A stretch of 64,000 nt of DNA, from the NCBI GenBank assembly GCA_963756585.1, contig CAVWOK010000010.1:524-64523 (forward strand), in the 5' to 3' direction. This stretch comes from an uncultured Solirubrobacterales bacterium. Lineage in GTDB: Bacteria > Actinomycetota > Thermoleophilia > Solirubrobacterales > Solirubrobacteraceae. The notes beneath the pieces were generated by a model. That model worked only from the letters and a program-made list of their open reading frames with translations. It did no database searches and was not told the DNA's origin. Both the position numbers and the translations under genes were made by a program. Of the stretch, positions 18,601 through 27,097 are shown piece after piece (positions within the stretch are counted from its first letter, which is position 1; every line of letters starts with the position of its first letter).

Positions 18601-18977
18601 ACCGAGAAGCGGTCAAGACCGTCACGCTCGAGGACATCGAGCCGATCCCGCTGCCGGGCGGGAGCTGGAGCCGGATGGTACTCAACAACAAGTCGCTGCG
18701 CGGAAATGGGTCGTCGCTGGGCTATTCGGTGTTCACCCCTGGATGTGTCACTGCGATGGTGTCGCACGAGACCGAAGAGGTGGCATATGTGGTCTCGGGG
18801 TCCGGTGAACTACGTCTCGAAGCTGAATGCGTGCCGTTCGCGGCCGGACAGGGGCTGTTCATCCCCGCCCGGACTTGGCACGCGGTGGCCAACACCGGCG
18901 AGCAGGACGTGATCATGGTGTTCGGGTTCCCGTATCCCGATTACCCGCCGACCGAGCGCAAGGACACCGCGGCGTGA
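18588..18977 (+). CDS. Cupin domain protein
   Basis: 'SHETEEVAYVVSGSG' and 'LFIPARTWHAVANTG' cupin motifs. Confidence 0.85.
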   Translation: MGAVDREAVKTVTLEDIEPIPLPGGSWSRMVLNNKSLRGNGSSLGYSVFTPGCVTAMVSHETEEVAYVVSGSGELRLEAECVPFAAGQGLFIPARTWHAVANTGEQDVIMVFGFPYPDYPPTERKDTAA

Positions 18978-19723
18978 GCTTGTCGGCAACAGCGGGAGGG
19001 CGCCTCACCGGCGAGGACCGACGCCTGGTCCACGACGTGGCCTGGGCGTGCCGGATCCTGGCCATGGTCGGCTATGAGGACCTGACGCTCGGTCATGTCA
19101 GCGCGCGCGGCTCCGATGACCGCACGGTCTACATCAAACGCAAGGGCATCGCACTTGGCGAGGTGACGCCGGCCGATGTGCTGGCAGTAGATCTCGGCGA
19201 TAACACCTCCGGGGGCGGCAACGGGATGCACCTGGAGACCGTGCTCCATACCGAGGTCTACAAGCGCCGCCCGGACGTGCGCAGCGTAGTTCATGGTCAT
19301 CCGGTGTACGCGACCGCGTTCGGCGCCACCGACGCCGAGTTCTCGTTTCTGACCCATGACAGCGTGCTGTTCATAAAGGGCATCTCGACCTATGACGGGG
19401 TGCCTGATCTGATCATGGATCAGCGCCAGGGAGCGCTCGTGGCGGAGGCCCTCGGAGACGGCACGGCGCTGCTGTTGCGCAACCACGGCGTGCTGGTGGC
19501 CGAGCGTGACGTCCGCTGGGCGGTGCTGGCCAGCGCTCTGCTCGAACGTGCCACTCAGATGCAGCTGCTGGCTACCTCGTTCGGTCCGCTGCACCCGATC
19601 CCGGAGCCGATGCTGGAGGGCATACACGCCTCCAAGTACCAGCACGACTTCGCCGTTGAGTACTGGGACGCCTGGATCCGGGAGCTTCGCCGACGCGGGC
19701 GAGCGTTCGAGATGGCGCAATAG
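18974..19723 (+). CDS. Class II aldolase/adducin family protein (candidate HMPDC decarboxylase)
   Basis: 'GHVSAR', 'ETVLHTEVYKRRPDVRSVVHGHP' and 'LLRNHG'. Confidence 0.85.
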   Translation: MSLSATAGGRLTGEDRRLVHDVAWACRILAMVGYEDLTLGHVSARGSDDRTVYIKRKGIALGEVTPADVLAVDLGDNTSGGGNGMHLETVLHTEVYKRRPDVRSVVHGHPVYATAFGATDAEFSFLTHDSVLFIKGISTYDGVPDLIMDQRQGALVAEALGDGTALLLRNHGVLVAERDVRWAVLASALLERATQMQLLATSFGPLHPIPEPMLEGIHASKYQHDFAVEYWDAWIRELRRRGRAFEMAQ

Positions 19724-19728
19724 AGCTG

Positions 19729-20181
19729 ATGGATCTGTGCCTGACCGTCAACGGCCGAGAGGTCCGCGAAAGTATCGAGCCCCAAGAGCTGCTGCTCGAC
19801 TTCCTGCGCGAGCGGCTGCGGCTGACCGGGGCCAAGCGTTCGTGTGACGTCCAGGTCTGCGGGGCCTGCACCGTGCTCGTCGACGGCGGGCCGGTGAGCG
19901 CCTGTAACTATCTGGCGGTCGAGGCCCAAGGACGTGAGGTGCTGACTGTGGAGGGGTTTGCCCAGACGCTCGAGTTCGCGCAGTTCGAGGCGGCGTTCGT
20001 GCGCCACGCGGCGCTCCAGTGCGGGTACTGCACTCCGGGGCTGCTGTTGACCCTCAAGAGCCTGCGCGACACCGGCGAGCTTGCCACCGAGGATGACATT
20101 CGCCACGGGCTCGACGGCAACCTGTGTCGCTGCACCGGGTATCGATCCATACTTGAAGCCGCCCGGGAGATCGCCCGGTGA
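19729..20181 (+). CDS. Molybdenum hydroxylase [2Fe-2S] small subunit (CoxS-like)
   Basis: 'GAKRSCDVQVCGACTV', 'QCGYCTPG' and 'GNLCRCTGY'. Confidence 0.95.
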   Translation: MDLCLTVNGREVRESIEPQELLLDFLRERLRLTGAKRSCDVQVCGACTVLVDGGPVSACNYLAVEAQGREVLTVEGFAQTLEFAQFEAAFVRHAALQCGYCTPGLLLTLKSLRDTGELATEDDIRHGLDGNLCRCTGYRSILEAAREIAR

Positions 20182-22478
20182 CGGTCATCGAGCGGCCCGC
20201 GCTGCGCGAGGTCGGAACTTCGCGACCGCGCAAGGACGCGCGCGAAAAGCTATCGGGCGAGGCTCAGTTCGTGGGCGACATGGAGGTCGCCGGGATGCTG
20301 CACGGCAGCGTCGTGCGCAGCCCGTATGCCCACGCCCTGATTCGCGGCATCGACTCAAGCGCAGCCCTCGAGCGCGACGGAGTCGTTGCCGTGCTGACCA
20401 GCGCCGACCTCCAGGACATCGAGCCCTATTACGGCCACGCCATCAAGGACCGGCCGATCGTGGCGCTGGACCGGGTTCGATTCGCCGGTGAGCCCGTCGC
20501 CGCTGTAGCGGCGGTCGACGAAGCGACCGCCGAGGCGGCGGTGCGCGCGATCGAGGTCGACTACGAGCCGCTGCCGGTGCTGGACACCCTCGATCTGGCC
20601 CTGTCGCCTGGAGCTCCGCGGCTGCACGACCGCCGCCCGCAAATCGGCCTGTTTCACGGCCTCGGAGAGCTCGGCGAGGAGCAGGGCAACATCTGCTACC
20701 GCCACCTGATCTCCGCCGGGGACATCGATCAAGCCCGTGCGGAGGCGTCGATCACGGTGGAGGGGGAGTACCTATTCCCCGCCGTTTACCAGTACGCGAT
20801 GGAGACCCACGCCACGATCGCCCATTACCACGGCGACGGAGTGACCCTGTGGGCCAACTGCCAGCACCCATTCCTTGTCCAGGCCGAGATCGCGGACCTG
20901 TTCGGTCTGGAGATCGGACAGGTCCGGATCATCGTCTCCTACCTGGGCGGCGGCTTCGGCTCGAAGTCCTACACGAAGATCGAACCGCTGACCGTCGCCC
21001 TGGCGCGCAAGGCGGGACGGCCGGTGAGGATCGTCAACCGGGTCGAGGAGTCGATGGTGACTTCGCGCCGCCACGGAATGCGCTGCTGGATGCGCACCAG
21101 CGCTGCGGCCGACGGAAGGTTGCTGGCGCGCGAGGTGAACTTTTGGATGGACACCGGAGCTTATGCCGACAATGGGCCGCGGGTGACGGCCACGGCCGCG
21201 GACGCCGCGCCCGGCCCGTACCGCTTCACAGCTGTCGAGGTGGACGGCAACTGCGTGTACTGCAACACCCCCCCGTCGGGCTCCTACCGCGCATTCGGTG
21301 CCACCCATCTGCAATGGATCGGCGAGTCGCAGCTCGACGAGGTGGCGCGACGGGCGGGCCTCGACCCGTTGGAGCTGCGCCAGCGCAATCTGGTGGTGAC
21401 CGGTGATCCGGTCCGGCCCGACGGCAGCGGCAAGCCGCTCGACGCAGACCTGATCGGCGACGTCGAGCGAGCGGCCTTGGGGGTCGGCTGGGATGAGCCC
21501 AGACGACCATGGGTGGGTCGCGGGGTCAGCGTAGGGTTGCTGGCCGCCGGGGCCCACCCGGTCTCGCGGGCCTCGGTCCGTCTGTGCTCGGATGGGTCGG
21601 CCGACGTGTACGTGGGGACCACCGAGCTTGGACAGGGGCCCCGCACGGTCATGGCTCAGATTGCCGCCGAGGAGATCGGAATCACCAGCGACCTCGTGCG
21701 CGTCCACGGCGCCGACACCCGGTTCACTCCGTACGACCGCTCGACCGGCGCCAGCCGTTCGACGACGATTGCCGGCCTGGCGGTCAAGCGCGCCGCCAAT
21801 GCCGTGGCCGACCGTCTGCGCGAGACGGCGGCCGAGGCGTGGGACGTCGAGCCCGAAGTGGTCGAACTTACGGGCGGGCGGGCTGAGTTCGCCGGCGAGG
21901 AGATCTCATTCGAGGACCTGATCTTTCGACGGTTTGGGTTCCGCGGCGGGGAGATCATCGAAGGCGGCGAGGTCAGGCCCACCGGAGGCGACACCGGGTC
22001 ATACGCGGAGGGCCCGCATTTCTGGGAAGTTTGCGTCGCGGGCGCTGAGGTCGAGGTGGACCCGAACACAGGCGTGGTTACGGTTTTGCGCACGTCGACC
22101 GTCGCCGACGTCGGCAAGGCGATCAACCCGCAGCTTGTCGAGCGCCAGGACGAGGGCGCGACCCTCCAGGGCATCGGCAACGCGCTGTTTGAGGAGATGC
22201 GGTTCGACGGTGGCCAGGTCGTCAACGACAGCCTGCTCGAGTATCGGGTCCCGCGGATCGCCGACCTGCCTCGCGAGATGACCTCGATCATCGTCGAGAA
22301 TGAAGACGGCCCTGGACCGTACGGCGCCAAGGGATGCGGCGAGGGTGCATTTGCGGCGGTGCCCGCGGCCATCGTCTGCGCGCTGGCCGACGCGGGGGTG
22401 CCGATGAATGAGTTGCCGCTGACCCCCGAGCGCGTGTGGCGCCGGATCCAAGAGCTGTCGAAGGTGCCAACCCCCTGA
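20178..22478 (+). CDS. Molybdenum hydroxylase large (MoCo-binding) subunit, xanthine dehydrogenase family
   Basis: 'RSPYAHA', 'AMETH', 'LGGGFGSK', 'YRAFG', 'GTTELGQG' and 'GAKGCGE'. Confidence 0.95.
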   Translation: MTVIERPALREVGTSRPRKDAREKLSGEAQFVGDMEVAGMLHGSVVRSPYAHALIRGIDSSAALERDGVVAVLTSADLQDIEPYYGHAIKDRPIVALDRVRFAGEPVAAVAAVDEATAEAAVRAIEVDYEPLPVLDTLDLALSPGAPRLHDRRPQIGLFHGLGELGEEQGNICYRHLISAGDIDQARAEASITVEGEYLFPAVYQYAMETHATIAHYHGDGVTLWANCQHPFLVQAEIADLFGLEIGQVRIIVSYLGGGFGSKSYTKIEPLTVALARKAGRPVRIVNRVEESMVTSRRHGMRCWMRTSAAADGRLLAREVNFWMDTGAYADNGPRVTATAADAAPGPYRFTAVEVDGNCVYCNTPPSGSYRAFGATHLQWIGESQLDEVARRAGLDPLELRQRNLVVTGDPVRPDGSGKPLDADLIGDVERAALGVGWDEPRRPWVGRGVSVGLLAAGAHPVSRASVRLCSDGSADVYVGTTELGQGPRTVMAQIAAEEIGITSDLVRVHGADTRFTPYDRSTGASRSTTIAGLAVKRAANAVADRLRETAAEAWDVEPEVVELTGGRAEFAGEEISFEDLIFRRFGFRGGEIIEGGEVRPTGGDTGSYAEGPHFWEVCVAGAEVEVDPNTGVVTVLRTSTVADVGKAINPQLVERQDEGATLQGIGNALFEEMRFDGGQVVNDSLLEYRVPRIADLPREMTSIIVENEDGPGPYGAKGCGEGAFAAVPAAIVCALADAGVPMNELPLTPERVWRRIQELSKVPTP

Positions 22479-22492
22479 ACAAGGAAGCGACT

Positions 22493-23419
22493 ATGAGCGT
22501 GAGCGAACCGAGCCGGGCCACAATTCTCGGAACGGGCACGATGGGCCCAGGCATGGGCGCTGTCCTCGCCCGGGCCGGTATGCCGGTGACACTGTTCGAC
22601 GTCAACTCCGAAGCGCTCGACCGCGCCAAAGTCACGGTGGGCATGGTCGAGGGAGTGCTCGACCGGCTCGAGGTCCCAGTGCGTGACGGCGGCGGCCTTG
22701 CCTACGAAACCGATCAGCCGTCGGCACTCGATGGGGCCGAGATCGTGGTCGAGGCGATCCCCGAGCAGATCGAGCTCAAGCGTCAGGTGTTCGCAGAGAT
22801 CGAGGATCAGATCTCTGCCGAGGCGATCATCGCCTCCAACACGTCAGGCATCCCGGTGACCAAGCTCGCCGAGGGACTGAAGCATCCCGAACGGGTGATC
22901 GGCTGGCACTGGTCGAACCCGCCGCATCTGATCCCCATGAACGAGGTGATCCCCGGCGAGCAGACCGCTCCCGAGGTCACGAGCGCGATCGAGGCCCTCA
23001 CCCGGCGGATCGGCTATCACCCGGTGACGCTGAAGAAGGAGGCCCCGGGATTCGTAGAGAATCGGGTGCTGTACGCGATCATGCGCGAGTGCCTGGCGCT
23101 CGTGGATGAGGGCGTGATCGACGTCGAAGGCCTCGACCTGTGCGTGAAATGGGGGATCGGCTACAAGCTCGCGGTGGTGCCGCCGATCCAGCTGCTCGAC
23201 ATGGCCGGGCTGGACATCTACACCAGCGTGGCCAGCTATCTCAACCAGTCGCTCTCAAACGAGACCGGGGTGTCCAGCACGGCGACCGGACTCAAGGAGG
23301 ACGGGCGGCTGGGGATCAAGACCGGCGGGGGCTTCTTCGACTACACGCCAGAGCGAGTCAAGGAGCTTGGACAACAACGGGCTGCGGCCCTGGTGGCCGT
23401 ACGAAAGGCACTGGACTGA
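22493..23419 (+). CDS. 5-formyl-3-hydroxy-2-methylpyridine-4-carboxylate 5-dehydrogenase (3-hydroxyacyl-CoA dehydrogenase family)
   Basis: 'GTMGPGM', 'HWSNPPH', 'PGFVENRVLYA', 'WGIGYKLAV' and 'LLDMAGLDIY' match M. loti FHMPCDH as recalled. Confidence 0.82.
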   Translation: MSVSEPSRATILGTGTMGPGMGAVLARAGMPVTLFDVNSEALDRAKVTVGMVEGVLDRLEVPVRDGGGLAYETDQPSALDGAEIVVEAIPEQIELKRQVFAEIEDQISAEAIIASNTSGIPVTKLAEGLKHPERVIGWHWSNPPHLIPMNEVIPGEQTAPEVTSAIEALTRRIGYHPVTLKKEAPGFVENRVLYAIMRECLALVDEGVIDVEGLDLCVKWGIGYKLAVVPPIQLLDMAGLDIYTSVASYLNQSLSNETGVSSTATGLKEDGRLGIKTGGGFFDYTPERVKELGQQRAAALVAVRKALD

Positions 23420-23422
23420 ACG

Positions 23423-24214
23423 ATGGCAAAGGCAACGAAGGTACGGCTGCTCGACAGCGGAACGCTGGTGATCGACCAGTCACATATCACCTGGAACATC
23501 GGCTGCGGCACGCCGGTGCGCTTTCCGGTGTACAGCGTGCTCATCGAGCACCCTGACGGGCTGTTCATGTTTGACAGTGGCTATGACCTCGATCTGGTCA
23601 ACGCGATGCTGCCGTTTGAGTTGCCCGAGCAGACGCCGGACCAGACCGTTGCCTCCCAGCTGGACAAGTGTGGCTTCAAGCCCGCGGACGTCGGCGCGCT
23701 GATCAACTCGCATCTCCATTTCGATCACTGCGGCGGTAACAAACAGCTCGCCAACGCGGTGACCTACCTGCATCGCGAAGAGCTCCGCGAGGCGCGCTCA
23801 CCGGAGCCGTTTGAGCGGCTGGGGTATGCGGATAAGGGGTACGACCATCCCGATTCGAGGTTTGAGCTGCTCGACGGCGACGTGTTGTTCGCCGACGGCG
23901 TTCATCTGTTCCACACCCCGGGCCACACGGTGGGCCACTACTCGATGCTCATCGAGCTCGAAGGCAGCCATCCCCTGCTGTTCATGGCCGATGTCTCCTA
24001 TACCAAGACGGCGTTTGAGCACGACCAGCAGGCTGGCTTTCACAACAATCCCGTCGATGGCGTTCGCTCCATCGCCCGGATCAAGCGCCTGGCTAAGGAG
24101 TGGGGCGCCGAGGTCATCTTCACCCACGACATGGATGCGTTTAGGTCCTATGCGCTGGCGCCCGAGCCGTTTACCGGCAGCCGTGCACTCTCGGCTGCGG
24201 GAGGCGGCGCATGA
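23423..24214 (+). CDS. 4-pyridoxolactonase (metallo-beta-lactamase fold)
   Basis: 'VRFPVYSVLIEH', 'LPFELP', 'NSHLHFDHCGGNK', 'PFERLGY', 'GFHNNPVDGV' and 'HDMD' match M. loti lactonase as recalled. Confidence 0.85.
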   Translation: MAKATKVRLLDSGTLVIDQSHITWNIGCGTPVRFPVYSVLIEHPDGLFMFDSGYDLDLVNAMLPFELPEQTPDQTVASQLDKCGFKPADVGALINSHLHFDHCGGNKQLANAVTYLHREELREARSPEPFERLGYADKGYDHPDSRFELLDGDVLFADGVHLFHTPGHTVGHYSMLIELEGSHPLLFMADVSYTKTAFEHDQQAGFHNNPVDGVRSIARIKRLAKEWGAEVIFTHDMDAFRSYALAPEPFTGSRALSAAGGGA

Positions 24215-24942
24215 AGCTCGAGGGAAGAGTGGCCATCGTCACCGGAGCGGCGCAGGGAATCGGCAAAGCGATCGCCGACAAGCTGCACGCCGAAGGCGCG
24301 CGCGTAGCCATCGTCGATCTGAACGGCGAGGGCGCGGAGGCTGTGGCGTCGGGGCTCAACGGCCTGGCGATCCAGGCGGACATCTCCAGCGAGACCGATG
24401 CCGAGCGCATGGCGCAGGAAACGCTCGATCGCTATGGCAAGATCGACGTGCTCGTCAACGCTGCGGCGATCGTGCCCTTCATCCCCTGGGACGAGGTCGA
24501 CTTCGCCTACTGGCGGAAATTGCTGTCGGTCAATCTCGACGGTGCATATCTCGTTTCCCGCGCCGTCGAACCGCCGATGCGCGAGGCGGGCTACGGCCGG
24601 ATCGTGCAGATCGCCTCCAACGCGTTTCTGGCCGGGACGCCGAACATGGGGCCTTACCTGGCCTCCAAGGGCGGGGTGGTGGGGCTCACCCGGGCGCTGG
24701 CGACCGAGCTGGGCAAGTACGGCATCACCGCCAATGCGGTGGCACCGGGCATCACCAGGACCGAGGGGGCGCTGGCCACGCCGCACAAGGATTCATTCGA
24801 CTTTGTGCAAGCGCTGCAGGCGATTCCGCGCCACGGACTCCCAGAGGACATAGCGCCGGCCGTCGCTTTTTTGGCCTCCGAGGAGTCAGGCTGGGTCACG
24901 GGCCAGGTCCTGGTCGCCGACGCCGGGCACATCCGCGACTGA
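24211..24942 (+). CDS. Pyridoxal 4-dehydrogenase (SDR)
   Basis: 'TGAAQGIGKAIA', 'IVPFIPWDEVD', 'IASNAFLAGTPNM..Y..SKGGV' and 'ALATELGKY' match M. loti PLDH as recalled. Confidence 0.85.
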   Translation: MKLEGRVAIVTGAAQGIGKAIADKLHAEGARVAIVDLNGEGAEAVASGLNGLAIQADISSETDAERMAQETLDRYGKIDVLVNAAAIVPFIPWDEVDFAYWRKLLSVNLDGAYLVSRAVEPPMREAGYGRIVQIASNAFLAGTPNMGPYLASKGGVVGLTRALATELGKYGITANAVAPGITRTEGALATPHKDSFDFVQALQAIPRHGLPEDIAPAVAFLASEESGWVTGQVLVADAGHIRD

Positions 24943-25340
24943 TGGCGGTGGACGTCGCCCGCGCCGGCGTGATCCTGGCGGTGTCCGACTTCGCGCGCTC
25001 GGTGGCCTTCTACCGCGACCAGCTCGGCTTTGAAGTCGAGGCGGAGTACGACGATCCGCCGTATGCGACGCTGGACAGAGCCGGCATGCGTCTCTCGCTG
25101 GCCGAGCAGGGCCACCCGGCCGAGGACCGGCCGGGGGTGGAGATGGTGGCTCCCTCGGACCCGTCGCGGTTGCCCGCGATCCTGGTACTCGAGGTGAGCG
25201 ACTGTCTGCGCAGTTTTCGCGAGCTCAGCGCGGTCGGCGTGCCGTTTCTGGCCGACCCCTACTCACCACCGTGGGGAGGCCACCGTTGCTTTGCTATCGA
25301 TCCGGACCGCAACCTGATCGAACTCGAGGAGCCGGCGTGA
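24942..25340 (+). CDS. VOC/glyoxalase family protein
   Basis: 'VSDFARSVAFYRDQLGF' and 'PPWGGHRCFAIDPDRNLIEL'. ATG overlaps the upstream TGA. Confidence 0.85.
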   Translation: MAVDVARAGVILAVSDFARSVAFYRDQLGFEVEAEYDDPPYATLDRAGMRLSLAEQGHPAEDRPGVEMVAPSDPSRLPAILVLEVSDCLRSFRELSAVGVPFLADPYSPPWGGHRCFAIDPDRNLIELEEPA

Positions 25341-26374
25341 GAGCGGTCAAGCTGGTCGGCATCGAAGCCATCGAGGTCCGGGACGTGGCCGACCCTCGGC
25401 TTGAAAGCGACACCGACGCGATCGTTCGCGTCACCCACACGGCGATCTGCGGCGCGGACCTGCTCCCGTACCACGGCTACACGCCCGGATTCGAGCTGGG
25501 GACGACCCTCGGCCACGAGTTCGTCGGGGTGGTGCAGGATGCGGGTGATGCCCTGGGGGATTGGGCCTCCGGTCAGCGTGTCGTCAATACCAGCATGACC
25601 TCCGATGGCACCTGTGCCCACTGCCGCGCCGGGCGGCCGACGCAGTGCGCATCCCGAGCGATGTTCGGGTACTCCGGGGTGTATCCGCGCCTGGAGGGAG
25701 GCCAGGCGGACTTGGTACGCGTTCCCCAGGCCGACCGTTGTCTGTGGCCGGTTCCCGACGATGTCGCCTCGGAGGACGCGGTGTTCGTCGCCGACATCCT
25801 CCCCACCGGCTTGCTCGCCGTTCAGCGGGCCGGCGTGGCCGCGGGGGACGTGGCCGTTGTGCTCGGCTGCGGCCCCGTGGGGCTGATGGCGTTGATCTGC
25901 GCGGTCGGGAACGCGCGGCGGGTGATCGCGGTGGACGGGATTCCCGCCCGGCGCAAGCTGGCGGACGCGCTGGGTGCTCTGGCGGTTGATCCTTCGGGCG
26001 CTCCGGAAGCGGTTCTGGCTTCGACCGGAGGCCTCGGTGCCGATGCCGTGATCGAGGCCTCGGGCGCGCCGGCGGCGTTGAGCGCGGCCCTGGACCTGGT
26101 GCGGCCGCAGGGCGTGATCTCCGTCGTCGGGGCCCACTTCGAGCCAGATTTCCCCCTCAACAACGGCCTGATGTTCGAAAAGGAGATCACGCTGGCCTTC
26201 GCGATTGGCAATCCGGGCCGCGACCGGGAGCGGCTGCTCGCGATGATCCAGGAAGGCGCCTTGCGGCCCTCGGCGGTGATCAGCGACACGATGGGGCTCC
26301 AGGACGCGCGGGACGGATACCGGGCCTTCGACGCGCGCGAGGCGACAAAGGTCGTTTTGACAACGTCGGGATAG
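25337..26374 (+). CDS. Zn-dependent alcohol dehydrogenase (MDR)
   Basis: 'ICGADL', 'LGHEFVG', 'CAHCRAG..TQC' and 'GCGPVG'. Confidence 0.9.
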   Translation: MRAVKLVGIEAIEVRDVADPRLESDTDAIVRVTHTAICGADLLPYHGYTPGFELGTTLGHEFVGVVQDAGDALGDWASGQRVVNTSMTSDGTCAHCRAGRPTQCASRAMFGYSGVYPRLEGGQADLVRVPQADRCLWPVPDDVASEDAVFVADILPTGLLAVQRAGVAAGDVAVVLGCGPVGLMALICAVGNARRVIAVDGIPARRKLADALGALAVDPSGAPEAVLASTGGLGADAVIEASGAPAALSAALDLVRPQGVISVVGAHFEPDFPLNNGLMFEKEITLAFAIGNPGRDRERLLAMIQEGALRPSAVISDTMGLQDARDGYRAFDAREATKVVLTTSG

Positions 26375-26392
26375 CCGGCAGTTGAGGACGTG

Positions 26393-27097
26393 ATGAAACG
26401 TTGTGCTCTGGTGACGGGCGCCTCGAGTGGAATCGGGCTTGCCCTGGCGCGGATGCTTGCCACCGAGGGATACGGGGTGACGATCTCGGCGCGGCGCGCC
26501 GAGCGCCTGCGTGAGATCGCCGACGCCGGCGAGGGGCGGCTGTTTGCCGTTGCTGCCGACGTGGCCCGGGAGGAGGACGTGGTGAGGCTCGTGCAGGCCC
26601 ACGCCGAACGGTTCGGACGGCTCGATGTGTTGGTCAACGCCGCCGGGATCGCCGGGGCGAAGCCCTCGGACGCGGCCGACACGGCGGAGGTCGATCGCCA
26701 GGTCGCGGTCAATCTGCGGGCCCCGCTGCTCGTCACCCGGGAGGCGCTCCCCTGGTTACGCAAGGCCGGCGCCGAGCACGGCAAGGCACTGGTCGTCAAC
26801 ATGTCCTCGGTGGCCGGAAAGGAGGGCCAGCCGGGCAACACGATCTACTCGGCCACCAAGGCCGGCCTGATCTCGCTCACGCAATCGCTTCAGCGCGAGA
26901 CGGCCGCCGACGGAATCCAGGCCACCGCCGTGTGCCCGGGGCTGGTGGCCACGCCGATGACCGCTGACTCGTCCGTCCCCCAGGGAGAAATGGTCTCCCC
27001 CGATGACGTGGCCGAGGCGATGCGCTTCCTGCTGCGCACGTCAACCTGGTGCCTGGTCCCCGAGATCGTGCTCAATCGGCGAGGTGCCGTCGGGTGA
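26393..27097 (+). CDS. SDR family oxidoreductase
   Basis: 'TGASSGIG', 'VNAAG' and 'YSATK'. Confidence 0.9.
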   Translation: MKRCALVTGASSGIGLALARMLATEGYGVTISARRAERLREIADAGEGRLFAVAADVAREEDVVRLVQAHAERFGRLDVLVNAAGIAGAKPSDAADTAEVDRQVAVNLRAPLLVTREALPWLRKAGAEHGKALVVNMSSVAGKEGQPGNTIYSATKAGLISLTQSLQRETAADGIQATAVCPGLVATPMTADSSVPQGEMVSPDDVAEAMRFLLRTSTWCLVPEIVLNRRGAVG

